Of a stretch of DNA of 64,000 nt, positions 18,790 to 27,219 are shown piece after piece; position 1 is the first letter of the stretch; each line of letters starts with the position of its first letter. This DNA comes from an uncultured delta proteobacterium (GTDB taxonomy: Bacteria > Desulfobacterota > RBG-13-43-22): contig CAVQFQ010000022.1 in the NCBI GenBank assembly GCA_963711835.1, positions 1 to 64,000 of the forward strand. The letters are read 5' to 3'. The position numbers were made by a program, and so were the translations under genes. The notes under the pieces are model-generated. The model did not search any database and was not told the origin of the DNA. It saw nothing but the letters and a program-made list of their open reading frames with translations.

Positions 18790-18978
18790 GTATCAATTTA
18801 GCTTTTTATAAAATTTTCGGCACGGATTTCACGGATGGACACGGCAAGGCAAATTGATTATCCATCAATCACGCCAAAGGCAGGATTGATGGCGGAAGCC
18901 GGTCTCAAGAAAACGGACGCTCGTTTTCTTGAGAACTGAAAGCAAGATCCGTGTTTATCCGTGAAATCCGTGCCAAAA
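18790..18978. repeat. Palindromic element family A, copy 1
   Basis: GGCACGGATTTCACGGAT ... ATCCGTGAAATCCGTGCC termini; leading GTATCAATTTAGCTTTTTATAAAATTTT shared with the 41421 copy. Confidence 0.85.
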
Positions 18979-19120
18979 ACTTTGCTTTTACAAATTTTCA
19001 AACATCTAAAGTGTTACAATGGGTTGCCAGGATCTGTTGAGGTAGGATGGGAAGCAGATAAGGCCGGGTAGGTGAACCCGGATCCGAGCCGGTCTGATAA
19101 AGGGGATTCGAAGCCATAAT

Positions 19121-19155
19121 AAAAAGGGGGATTGGCGAAACCAATCCCCCTTTTT
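19121..19155. terminator. Bidirectional intrinsic terminator
   Basis: AAAAAGGGGGATTGG-CGAAA-CCAATCCCCCTTTTT perfect 15-bp inverted repeat. Confidence 0.9.
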
Positions 19156-19171
19156 ATGCACAAAAAAAGAC

Positions 19172-19441
19172 TTACTTCTTTTCAGCGGGAGCAGCCGGAG
19201 CAGCCGGGGCTTCCTCTTTCTTCGGAGCGGCCTTCTTAACCTTCTTCTTAACAGCTGCCTTCTTCTTGGCAACCGGGGCCTTCTCTTCGGCCTTAGCGGG
19301 CTCGGCTTTCACTTCAGCCGGAGCGGTGGCAGCAGGCTTATCCATTTTCTTTTCAGCGGGTTTCTTTTCATCGGCTGCAAAGGCGACGGAAACCGTCATG
19401 GCAAAAATGGCGGCCAGGGTCCAAACGATAAACTTTTTCAT
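19172..19441 (-). CDS. Small secreted Lys/Ala/Pro-rich protein
   Basis: Signal peptide (AFA-A), low-complexity KAP body, GGAGGT RBS, own promoter and terminator. Confidence 0.85.
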   Translation of the reverse strand: MKKFIVWTLAAIFAMTVSVAFAADEKKPAEKKMDKPAATAPAEVKAEPAKAEEKAPVAKKKAAVKKKVKKAAPKKEEAPAAPAAPAEKK

Positions 19442-19520
19442 AGGATTTCACCTCCTTTTAAAGAAATATGGTATCAAAATGCTTCAAAAGCATATTGAAT
19501 CAAATTTGTAACTTACCAAG

Positions 19521-19538
19521 TAGCAAAAGAGATGCCAA
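19521..19538 (-). promoter_or_regulatory. sigma54 (-24/-12) promoter
   Basis: TTGGCATCTCTTTTGCTA, GG-N10-GC. Confidence 0.8.
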
Positions 19539-19766
19539 GATAATTAATCTAATTATATATGCATGTTAACAATGACTGGTTGGATAAGAAGTCCGATTTT
19601 AAGATATAGTCAATTCCAATTCTTAGAAAATAGGTGCAATGAACTGGTTAGCTCTTCCAAATACTGGAATAAGCCTCGACCTAAAATTAAAGGTTGTCTT
19701 CTCCATATTTTTTCTTTAATTAAAAAAGGATGTTATGAAACTGAAACTTTAAGTGAGGAGGGGATT

Positions 19767-20327
19767 ATGATGGTAATCTGGGGAATCTTGGTTGTCCTTG
19801 GGGCCTTGGCTGTTTTTATAATCGCCATCTATAACAAACTGATCCGTCTTAAAAACACAGTAAAGGCCTCCTGGTCGGATATCGATGTGCAACTCAAAAA
19901 ACGCTATGACTTGGTCCCCAACTTGATTGAAACGGTTAAGGGTTACGCCTCCCACGAAAAAAACATTTTTGAAAAAGTTACGGCAGCCCGGACCGGAGCC
20001 ATGCAGGCCTCCTCGCTTTCCCAAAAAGCCCGCGCCGAAAATACCTTTCAGGAAACCTTGAAGAGCCTGTTCGCTGTTGCCGAGGCCTATCCGGATTTGA
20101 AGGCCAGTACGAATTTTGTTCAATTACAGGGGCAGTTGAACGACTTGGAAGAGACTGTTCAAAACGCCCGGAGGTATTATAACGCCGTGGTCAGGGATTA
20201 TAACATCCTCATAGAATCATTCCCATCCAACCTGGTTGCTTCCTCCTTTAAATTTGTCCAGGAAGAATTTTTCGAACTGGAAGCCGCGGAGGTTGAACGA
20301 CAGCCGGTGAAGGTCAGCTTCCAGTAA
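19767..20327 (+). CDS. lemA: LemA family protein
   Basis: YNKLI, WSDIDVQLKKRYDLVPNL, AVAEAYPDLKA, ARRYYN, FPSNLVA; GAGGAGG RBS. Confidence 0.93.
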   Translation: MMVIWGILVVLGALAVFIIAIYNKLIRLKNTVKASWSDIDVQLKKRYDLVPNLIETVKGYASHEKNIFEKVTAARTGAMQASSLSQKARAENTFQETLKSLFAVAEAYPDLKASTNFVQLQGQLNDLEETVQNARRYYNAVVRDYNILIESFPSNLVASSFKFVQEEFFELEAAEVERQPVKVSFQ

Positions 20328-20793
20328 AGAATCCGCACCCATAGGGTGGGGATTTCTACGCTCGATTTAACCTAAGCAAAAATAGTTTAATTTTCCCTTT
20401 TGACCTCCTCCCCCTCAGATGGGGGAGGATCGAGGTGGGGGTGGATTTTCCAGGGACGATTTTTAGAGGCGGCGGGGGTGGAAGATGGTAGCCTCCGCTG
20501 ATAAGCAGCTTCTCATGCTCTTTTGACAGCCTCTCAGATGGTCCTTCGGCTGCCTGGTGCTTCATACTTCAGCATATCGCCATACCTTTAACTATCTATC
20601 ATTCTTCATGATTCACATTTCCGGGACCAAAAGATTTTTGCTGCCCTGTCTAACGCACCTATTTTTTCAAGCCCTTCAAATTTTGCCTGCCCCCAACAAT
20701 TTTTGTTTCTCAGATATTTCCGGTTGAATGGTAATCTGCTTCCTCATCCTTCTTAACCTGTTAAAAATACATAATAATTTATTTTAATATTTT

Positions 20794-20810
20794 TTGGCAT
20801 TTCTCTTGCA
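20794..20810 (+). promoter_or_regulatory. sigma54 promoter of pilA
   Basis: TTGGCATTTCTCTTGCA, GG-N10-GC, preceded by an AT-rich tract. Confidence 0.85.
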
Positions 20811-20945
20811 CAACAGACTGTCAACAGAAAACAATTCAACCCATCAAAGGGGAGGAGGTGACGGTGAGAAAATTTTTAAGGTCCAGGGTTGTTCCCAATA
20901 CAGAATTACTAAACTATTTTTACAAAAACAAAAAGGAGAAGAAAA

Positions 20946-21341
20946 ATGATTCAGAAACTGATTAAAAAGAGAAATCAAAAAGGGTTCACCCTGGTGGAAC
21001 TCTTAATCGTCATCGCCATTATCGGCATCCTGGCCGCCATCGCCATCCCGCAGTTCAACCAGTATCGTAACCGCGCCCATATGGCTGCCACCCGTTCTGA
21101 TGCTAAAAACGCATATACAGCCGTCCAGGCTTGGATTTCAGACAACGTTGGAACGGCTATACCAGGGGATACGAGTACCAGTGGCTCAGCCTATACGACT
21201 TATACCTCCGCCAGAACCAGCCCGGGAGTTACCGTAACGATTGCAGCGACAACCGGAGATGTGACTGCGACGAATACAGCAGTCACCGGGTCGTATATAG
21301 TTGCCGGAACAGGCCTCATAACGGATACCTTAGCTCCATAG
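20946..21341 (+). CDS. pilA: Type IVa major pilin
   Basis: [26 protein letters not shown] class III signal with E5. Confidence 0.93.
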   Translation: MIQKLIKKRNQKGFTLVELLIVIAIIGILAAIAIPQFNQYRNRAHMAATRSDAKNAYTAVQAWISDNVGTAIPGDTSTSGSAYTTYTSARTSPGVTVTIAATTGDVTATNTAVTGSYIVAGTGLITDTLAP

Positions 21342-21372
21342 TTTCATCTAATTCAATAACTCTAATCTCTCC

Positions 21373-21462
21373 AAGGGGCTGCCTGGAAAAGCAGCCCTCT
21401 TTTTATCACAAAGTATAAATGCACCCTTAAAAAAAGGTCACTCAAAAAAGTGGCCTTTTTTG
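21373..21462 (+). terminator. Two tandem terminator hairpins after pilA
   Basis: AAGGGGCTGC..GCAGCCCTCTTTT and AAAAAAGGTCAC..GTGGCCTTTTTT. Confidence 0.75.
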
Positions 21463-21627
21463 TTTCAAGTCCTTGGTAAAAATCTGGGTGGCTGTCCGAG
21501 GAAGAAAGGTCCGATTCAGGAATTGGGAGTTCTATTATTTTTTGACACCGGGAAATTATTCAAGGTAAGGTGGTCGGCAAAACGGATTGATGAGAGGAAT
21601 CTTTATCGGTGGATTATTCTGAAGGAC

Positions 21628-21703
21628 TGGTGGGCCGTGGCAGGATCGAACTGCCGACCTACTGATTAAGAGTCAGTTGCTCTACCTGTTGAGCTAACGG
21701 CCC
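21628..21703 (-). tRNA. tRNA-Lys(CTT), copy 1
   Basis: GGGCCGTTAGCTCAACAGGTAGAGCAACTGACT-CTT-AATCAGTAGGTCGGCAGTTCGATCCTGCCACGGCCCACCA. Confidence 0.97.
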
Positions 21704-21758
21704 CCCTGAAAGTATGCCTTCCATATCACACTTTATCCCAAGTGACAAGGGAAAATAG

Positions 21759-21946
21759 TTATTCTTGGGCTGTTTCCTTTAAATCCTTGAGACGATCAAA
21801 GATTCTTTCCATTTTGGTTTTAGGTAGGCCGCCGAAAGCCAGTTCCAGATCCTCATGACTAAAGTGATCCGATAAAAAGCTTCAAACAGCCATACGATTC
21901 TCCCAGCAATTGACAAAATTCCGGCAGGGCAGGGGGGATTGGGCTT
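21759..21946 (-). pseudogene. Orphan 3' fragment of the 24225-24503 gene, with a nonsense codon
   Basis: Aligns to 24225-24412; Trp TGG has become TGA; most other differences are synonymous. Confidence 0.85.
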
Positions 21947-22092
21947 ATGGCTTCCGGGGGGCTGAGGCCAATTTGTTGACTTTAAAAGGGAAGTGGAACG
22001 ATATTAATAGGGGAGCACATCTCAAATGGGGATGCCCAACTCTATTTTTTTGCAGCCATTCGTAAGGCGGATATTGAAAACTAAGGAGATTT

Positions 22093-22332
22093 TTAATTTC
22101 CGGGGGTTTTTACCTGCCGAAATATCCCTCCAAGTGCACGCAAGGCTTTATTAACTGCCGACGCATTTGGAAAAAGACGGACTACATCGGGTTCGAGAAC
22201 CACAACATTCGTCCCTTGTGCGTAACGAGCTGCCGTACCTCCTCTCTCAGCCTTTGAGAAATCATACTCACTACGCATAGTATCCCGATCCGGATTCAAC
22301 CGTGTGGTGTTTTTAGTTTTGGCCTTCTTCAT
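22093..22332 (-). CDS. BrnA-like type II antitoxin
   Basis: MRSEYDFS ... NVVVLEPDV..FP...AVNKALRAL pattern; preceded by a BrnT-like tail. Confidence 0.7.
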   Translation of the reverse strand: MKKAKTKNTTRLNPDRDTMRSEYDFSKAERGGTAARYAQGTNVVVLEPDVVRLFPNASAVNKALRALGGIFRQVKTPGN

Positions 22333-22365
22333 AGGTCCTCCTTTCCTGCCGGGTTGCTACAAATA

Positions 22366-22662
22366 CTAAAAGCTAATATCAAACGGAGGAAAAGGTTCCG
22401 TTCTAATTTTCTGATAGTAATCTTCTTGACCAACGGTACAATCAATCATGCCCTTGAAAATAATTTTTCTCACCCTTAATTGCCGGGCAATCTTTCCTTC
22501 AATATTCGGACTTAAATCATTTCTTTGGTGGGAAACCTTGGTAAGGATCGGGGGAAGATTTGGTAATTGTAATTCATACCAACGATGATCTTCACTATGA
22601 TGTAAGGCTGGCTGAAAGCCAAATTTATTCTGTAATTTAGACTCAACCTCCTTAGGTTTCAA
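22366..22662 (-). CDS. HicA-like putative mRNA interferase toxin
   Basis: KFGF...DHRWY...TKVSH....I..IARQL pattern of the HicA dsRBD-like fold; 98 aa. Confidence 0.6.
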   Translation of the reverse strand: MKPKEVESKLQNKFGFQPALHHSEDHRWYELQLPNLPPILTKVSHQRNDLSPNIEGKIARQLRVRKIIFKGMIDCTVGQEDYYQKIRTEPFPPFDISF

Positions 22663-22676
22663 GATTATCTCAATCT

Positions 22677-23069
22677 TTATTGATTAACTGGCCGAAAGTA
22701 TTCTTGGATTTTTTTAAGAATTGTTGGGGAGAGGCCGCCTTCTTCACGGGACTTTGCTTCGATGAGTTGATAATAATCAATTAGTGCTGTAGTATAATCT
22801 CTTATTGCCTCTGAACTTGTTTTTCCTTCTCCATAAACTAAAAATAGATTATCACTTAGTATATAATATCCATCATCGTCCTGTTCGAGAGTAACCAATA
22901 ATGGCGCGAACACAGCCCATCCCTTTTGTATTATCCAAAGATCAAACTGTAAAGGGGAGCATGAGTAGTCAAAGGTTGGCTTGCTGTATTGTTTGCTATC
23001 AAATGAAAGGTCCCCAAAAAAATACTCATTGCTCGCCGTTCCTTCAGCCGCAACCGCTAAATTGTTCAT
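22677..23069 (-). CDS. HicB-like protein (partial RNase H-fold domain, no obvious DNA-binding domain)
   Basis: LEQDDDGYYI...VYGEGKTSSEAIRDY matches the HicB GxTxxEA motif. Confidence 0.6.
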   Translation of the reverse strand: MNNLAVAAEGTASNEYFFGDLSFDSKQYSKPTFDYSCSPLQFDLWIIQKGWAVFAPLLVTLEQDDDGYYILSDNLFLVYGEGKTSSEAIRDYTTALIDYYQLIEAKSREEGGLSPTILKKIQEYFRPVNQ

Positions 23070-23389
23070 TAATTTTCCTCTTTCCCCTCAACTTTAGAAA
23101 GGAATTTTTCGAGATTCTTTTGCATAGTATTAATAAATACTTTCATACGGTTGGGTGTCACAATAATTTGTGAGAAACACTCGGCTCTTATCGAATCAAT
23201 TTTTTCTAAGGTGGATTTAATTTCATCAGGAAGTCCAAGGATTATTGGTTGCTTTACTTCGAAAAAGCTTATAATAAACTCCTCGTCAGTATGTTGGACT
23301 ACCATGTTTGTAGCGTATTGTCTTTTTAGATCTTCGGGAATGTGCCACTCAATGGGGATTTTGATGTCCTCTTTTTTTTTCACTTCCAT
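23069..23389 (-). CDS. DUF3467-like protein
   Basis: YATNMVVQHTDEEFIISF ... IIVTP..MK.F...MQ.NLEKF; AAGGAG RBS; TAATG overlap with the next gene. Confidence 0.7.
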   Translation of the reverse strand: MEVKKKEDIKIPIEWHIPEDLKRQYATNMVVQHTDEEFIISFFEVKQPIILGLPDEIKSTLEKIDSIRAECFSQIIVTPNRMKVFINTMQKNLEKFLSKVEGKEEN

Positions 23390-23507
23390 AACAATTTCTC
23401 CCTTCGATTAGGGGACGTTACTTTTTGAATAATTTATATTTTAACTAAGCAATATTAGGGCGAATTTATAAAATGGAAGAAAATTTATCATATTTAAATA
23501 AGTTAAA

Positions 23508-23826
23508 TGACCCCCGGCAAAGCCGGGGGCTTATCTTTGTTAGCCCCCCAAGGGGGCCGTTTCATGAGTCCCATGAAGGGGACATACTTCATATTCAGAC
23601 TTGGGAAGGTGGAGACGCCCATCTTTCTTTGTTTGTTCAGGAGTATATTTCTTAACGATTTTTATTCCTGACCAATGGGCATTTCCAGAATATTTAAACT
23701 CTTAAAAGATTTTTGGTTTAATCTCCGAGTGCAAAATTCAGCGATTTATATTGGTGGTTTTTACTATTCTATTGCCTCACACGGTCAAACCTTTCGGAGT
23801 CCCCCGGCAAAGCCGGGGGTTTACCT
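23508..23826 (-). mobile_element. IS200/IS605-family non-autonomous relic
   Basis: Identical CCCCCGGC-AAA-GCCGGGGG hairpins at 23511-23529 and 23801-23819; interior retains a TnpA-like IVKKYTPEQTKKD fragment. Confidence 0.75.
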
Positions 23827-24093
23827 GTTAGAAATTACTATAGTATATCAAATTTTATGTCAATGACTATTTCATGGATTACTCGAATCGCAGGGGGCAG
23901 TTAAATTGCGAATAACTTCGTCAGAGTCCTTGTGCTTAATTGCCAAAACGATCTTGCTTCGAGTTAATTAAAAGTTTCCCCCATTTTTTGAGCCGTTCTT
24001 TATCTTGAGTTTATAAAAGGGTTAGAAACGAAAAACACCAAAAAAATAAAAGCCAACCTAAGTTGGCCATTTATTTGTTTTTATTTATAAATC

Positions 24094-24169
24094 TGGTGGG
24101 CCGTGCCAGGATCGAACTGGCGACCTACTGATTAAGAGTCAGTTGCTCTACCTGTTGAGCTAACGGCCC
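24094..24169 (-). tRNA. tRNA-Lys(CTT), copy 2
   Basis: Identical to copy 1 except for a flipped T-stem pair (GCCAG/CTGGC). Confidence 0.97.
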
Positions 24170-24224
24170 CCCTGAAAGAAAGCCTTCCATACCTTACTTT
24201 TACTGGGGTGAAAAGAAAAAATAG

Positions 24225-24503
24225 TTATTCTTGGGCTGTTTCCTTTAATTCCTTGAGGCGGTCAAAAATTCTTTCAAGCTTGGTTTTGGGTAACCCACCG
24301 AAAGCCAGTTCCAGATCCTCATGACTAAATTGATCCGATAAAAAAGTCCAAACAGCCATACGATTCTCCCAGCAATTGACAAAATTCCGGCAGGGCAGGG
24401 GGGATTGGGCTTGACGGCAGTAGTGGAAGGTCATCATCATCCCCAGGTGAGGGCAATAGATTTCAAGTGGGTCGTATTGTTCAGTCATAATCTTTTTAGC
24501 CAC
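24225..24503 (-). CDS. Small Cys-rich hypothetical protein
   Basis: YCPHLG..YCRQ..PCRN..NCW; synonymous divergence from the duplicate supports coding. Confidence 0.8.
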   Translation of the reverse strand: MAKKIMTEQYDPLEIYCPHLGMMMTFHYCRQAQSPLPCRNFVNCWENRMAVWTFLSDQFSHEDLELAFGGLPKTKLERIFDRLKELKETAQE

Positions 24504-24770
24504 AGACCAAATCAGCCCGGCAAAGCCGCAACCAATGTAGCGAGTTCCCCTTTCCCAGTCCTCCTGGTGGCAAAAGATGCATTTAAAGCCCTTTTAGCCA
24601 CCGACCCACACAGACAAAAGCGGATCCCGCCGGCGGGACTGGCACGAGTTAAGATGCTCTTTAAATCCATAGATCTATGGTGATGCCCGGTTTTTCGTGC
24701 CCGATGGGCCTGACGGTTAGGGTGGCGGCAGGTCGCCGCCACCCTGTCCAGTTTTTGTCTGTGGTAGAAA
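24493..24770. repeat. Palindromic element family B (short copy 24493-24575 plus long copy 24592-24770)
   Basis: TTTTAGCCAC(A/C)GACC ... G(G/T)GG(C/T)A termini; internal GCGGATCCCGCC..GGCGGGACTGGC and TGGCGGCAGGTCGCCGCCA modules shared with 30895-31098. Confidence 0.8.
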
Positions 24771-24780
24771 TATCTTCTGG

Positions 24781-26151
24781 TTAGGCGAATTTCGGTTTGG
24801 GAAAATTTTCCAGGGCTTTTAAGGACTTTTGAATTTCCTCGTCCGGCAATTCATAGTCGCTCAGCTTCCCCTCGAAATAGGCACCATAGGCCGCCATATC
24901 CACCAAGCCATGTCCGCTCCAGTTGACCAGGATGGTCTTGGCTTTGCCTTCCGCCTTGCATTTCTTGGCCTCTCGAATGACCGAGGCTATGGCATGATTG
25001 GTTTCCGGGGCCGGAATATAGCCTTCGGTTCGGGCCCAGGTCACTCCGGCGGCAAAGGTCTCCATCTGGTTGACGGCCAGCGGTTCAATAAGTTTATCCA
25101 GAATCAACTGGGAGACAATAGGGGCCATGCCGTGATAGCGCAGTCCTCCGGCATGAATGGGTTGCGGAATAAAGGTATGACCTAAGCTGTGCATGGGCAG
25201 AAAAGGGGTCATTTGAACGGTATCCCCAAAGTCGTAGACAAAGGGGCCTTTGGTCATAGTCGGACAAGAGGTCGGTTCAACGGCGATAACCTGGACCTGT
25301 TTTCCGGCAATCTTATCACTGATAAAGGGCAGGGCCAGTCCGGAAAAATTACTCCCGCCGCCGGCGCAGCCGATGACGATATCGGGGTAATCCCCTATTT
25401 TTTCAAGCTGCTTCTTGCACTCTAAGCCAATAATGGTTTGATGGAGCATGACATGGTTGAGAACGCTTCCCAGGGAATATTTGGAATTGGGTGTCGTAAC
25501 GGCATCTTCAACAGCCTCGCTGATGGCGATCCCCAAGCTTCCCGGAGAATTGGGGTCCTGTTCCAGGATTTTTCTTCCGGCCTTGGTATCCGGACTGGGA
25601 CTGGGGACGCAGGTCGCTCCCCAGGTATTCATCATCAAACGCCGGTAGGGCTTCTGGTCAAAACTGATTCGAACCATATAGACCTTGACTTCCAATCCGA
25701 AGAGGGCCGCTGCAAAACTGAGGGCGCTGCCCCATTGGCCGGCCCCGGTTTCGGTGGCAATCCGTTTGGTTCCGAAGACCTTGTTATAGTAGGCTTGGGG
25801 GACGGCTGTATTAGGCTTATGGCTTCCGGGCGGGCTGACCCCTTCATTTTTAAAATAGATCTTGGCCGGCGTCTCTAAGAAGGCTTCCAGGGCATAGGCC
25901 CGGACCAGGGGGGTAGGGCGCCAAATGAGGTATTTTTCCAGGACCGGTTCAGGGATATCGATCCAGCGCTGGGGGCTGACCTCCTGTTCAATGAGGTTCA
26001 TGGGAAAGATAGGGGCCAAATCATCGGGGCCGACAGGCTGCCCGGTTCCAGGGTGAAGCGGAGGCTGCATAGGAGTCGGCATATCAGGTAAAATGTTATA
26101 CCATTGACGGGGCATTTCATCTTCACTTAAAATAATTTTTTTTTGAAACAT
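24781..26151 (-). CDS. trpB2: TrpB-like PLP enzyme (tryptophan synthase beta, TrpB2)
   Basis: [36 protein letters not shown]; GGAGG RBS before MFQKK. Confidence 0.95.
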   Translation of the reverse strand: MFQKKIILSEDEMPRQWYNILPDMPTPMQPPLHPGTGQPVGPDDLAPIFPMNLIEQEVSPQRWIDIPEPVLEKYLIWRPTPLVRAYALEAFLETPAKIYFKNEGVSPPGSHKPNTAVPQAYYNKVFGTKRIATETGAGQWGSALSFAAALFGLEVKVYMVRISFDQKPYRRLMMNTWGATCVPSPSPDTKAGRKILEQDPNSPGSLGIAISEAVEDAVTTPNSKYSLGSVLNHVMLHQTIIGLECKKQLEKIGDYPDIVIGCAGGGSNFSGLALPFISDKIAGKQVQVIAVEPTSCPTMTKGPFVYDFGDTVQMTPFLPMHSLGHTFIPQPIHAGGLRYHGMAPIVSQLILDKLIEPLAVNQMETFAAGVTWARTEGYIPAPETNHAIASVIREAKKCKAEGKAKTILVNWSGHGLVDMAAYGAYFEGKLSDYELPDEEIQKSLKALENFPKPKFA

Positions 26152-26685
26152 GTTTCCTCCTTCTTCGGATGTTTGAAATAGTTCAAGCTGCTTCAAAAAC
26201 TAAAACGATTTCTCACCTCCCTCTGCGGCTGACATCAAACCCTGTAACTTTAACGTGGAGCTGTCCTGAAGAAACAACGTTGTCCACGGCTGTGCCCACC
26301 TGTTTTCTTGGAATTCGGAGACCCCATAAAGAACCCTTCGTCATTCGAAATTCCATGTTCGATATTCGTTTTATTCTTACTTGATAGGCTATGTGCCGGC
26401 TTGAAATAAGTTCGTTTTTTAAAACGTTACCGTAAAAGGATGCGAAACTTTTAACTCTAAAACAGGCCTTAAAGGGGGGGCAACTAACTATTGCCTTATC
26501 CGTTAAAATAGGAGAGAATTTCAAAAGGAATACGCTCAGGGTCTTCAGGCCAAGCCCTATTAATTATGAACTATATATGAGGAGAAATGAACCTGTCAAA
26601 CAAATTTAGGGTCTTCTTGCCTTTGGTTCCCGATTGGGAAGAAAAGAGAGAAGGCCGGAAAGCGATTTGATCCCGGCCCTGACTG

Positions 26686-27219
26686 ATGGAAAAAGAAGCA
26701 GTTGCCCTGAAAGGGATTTTGGATGAATTATGGAGGGATAAAGCCCCCTGGGTAGATCCCCTGATCCCCCAAATCATCGAGGCCTGGAAAACGGTCATTC
26801 CAGAATCGCTGCGATCGGGCCTGTATTTGGAAGGGTATCGTGAGGGGACTCTTTACCTCTTGGTCTCCAATCCCATTGCCGGCCAACAGTTCCAATTCTT
26901 CAAGGAATCCTGCGGTGAACGGATCAACGCCCTTTTAAATCGCCCGCTCGTCAAAAGGTTCCGAATCCGGGCCGGAACCCCCCCGCCGGCCGTTGAAGCG
27001 GGAGAACCCGCTCAGGCATTCTGCCCGCCGGCGCCGCGAAAACTGACGCCTAAAGAAATCAAAAGGATTAGCCGGATTTGTTCCGAAATCAAGAATCCCG
27101 AGGTCCGCCGGCGCGTTCAGTCGGCCCTGGAGAAAAGCTGCTCTTCCCAAGGGGAAAACTTTTTTGAAGCTCCGGACTGTAAACCCCGATCCGCTCGTAA
27201 ACGATTAAAGGGGGAGTGA
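26686..27219 (+). CDS. DUF721 / DciA-like protein
   Basis: W..VI......L.GY.EGTLYLLVSNP....QF.....I...IN pattern. Confidence 0.7.
   Translation: MEKEAVALKGILDELWRDKAPWVDPLIPQIIEAWKTVIPESLRSGLYLEGYREGTLYLLVSNPIAGQQFQFFKESCGERINALLNRPLVKRFRIRAGTPPPAVEAGEPAQAFCPPAPRKLTPKEIKRISRICSEIKNPEVRRRVQSALEKSCSSQGENFFEAPDCKPRSARKRLKGE

Noticed and set aside
20946-21341. Electrically conductive e-pilin
   Set aside because: Has F1, F24, Y27 and W50, but only 8 F/Y/W in 118 mature residues (~7%), below the ~10% usually proposed
26279-26300. DnaA-box-like TTGTCCACG
   Set aside because: Single box with two mismatches, no cluster, and the window lies near dif
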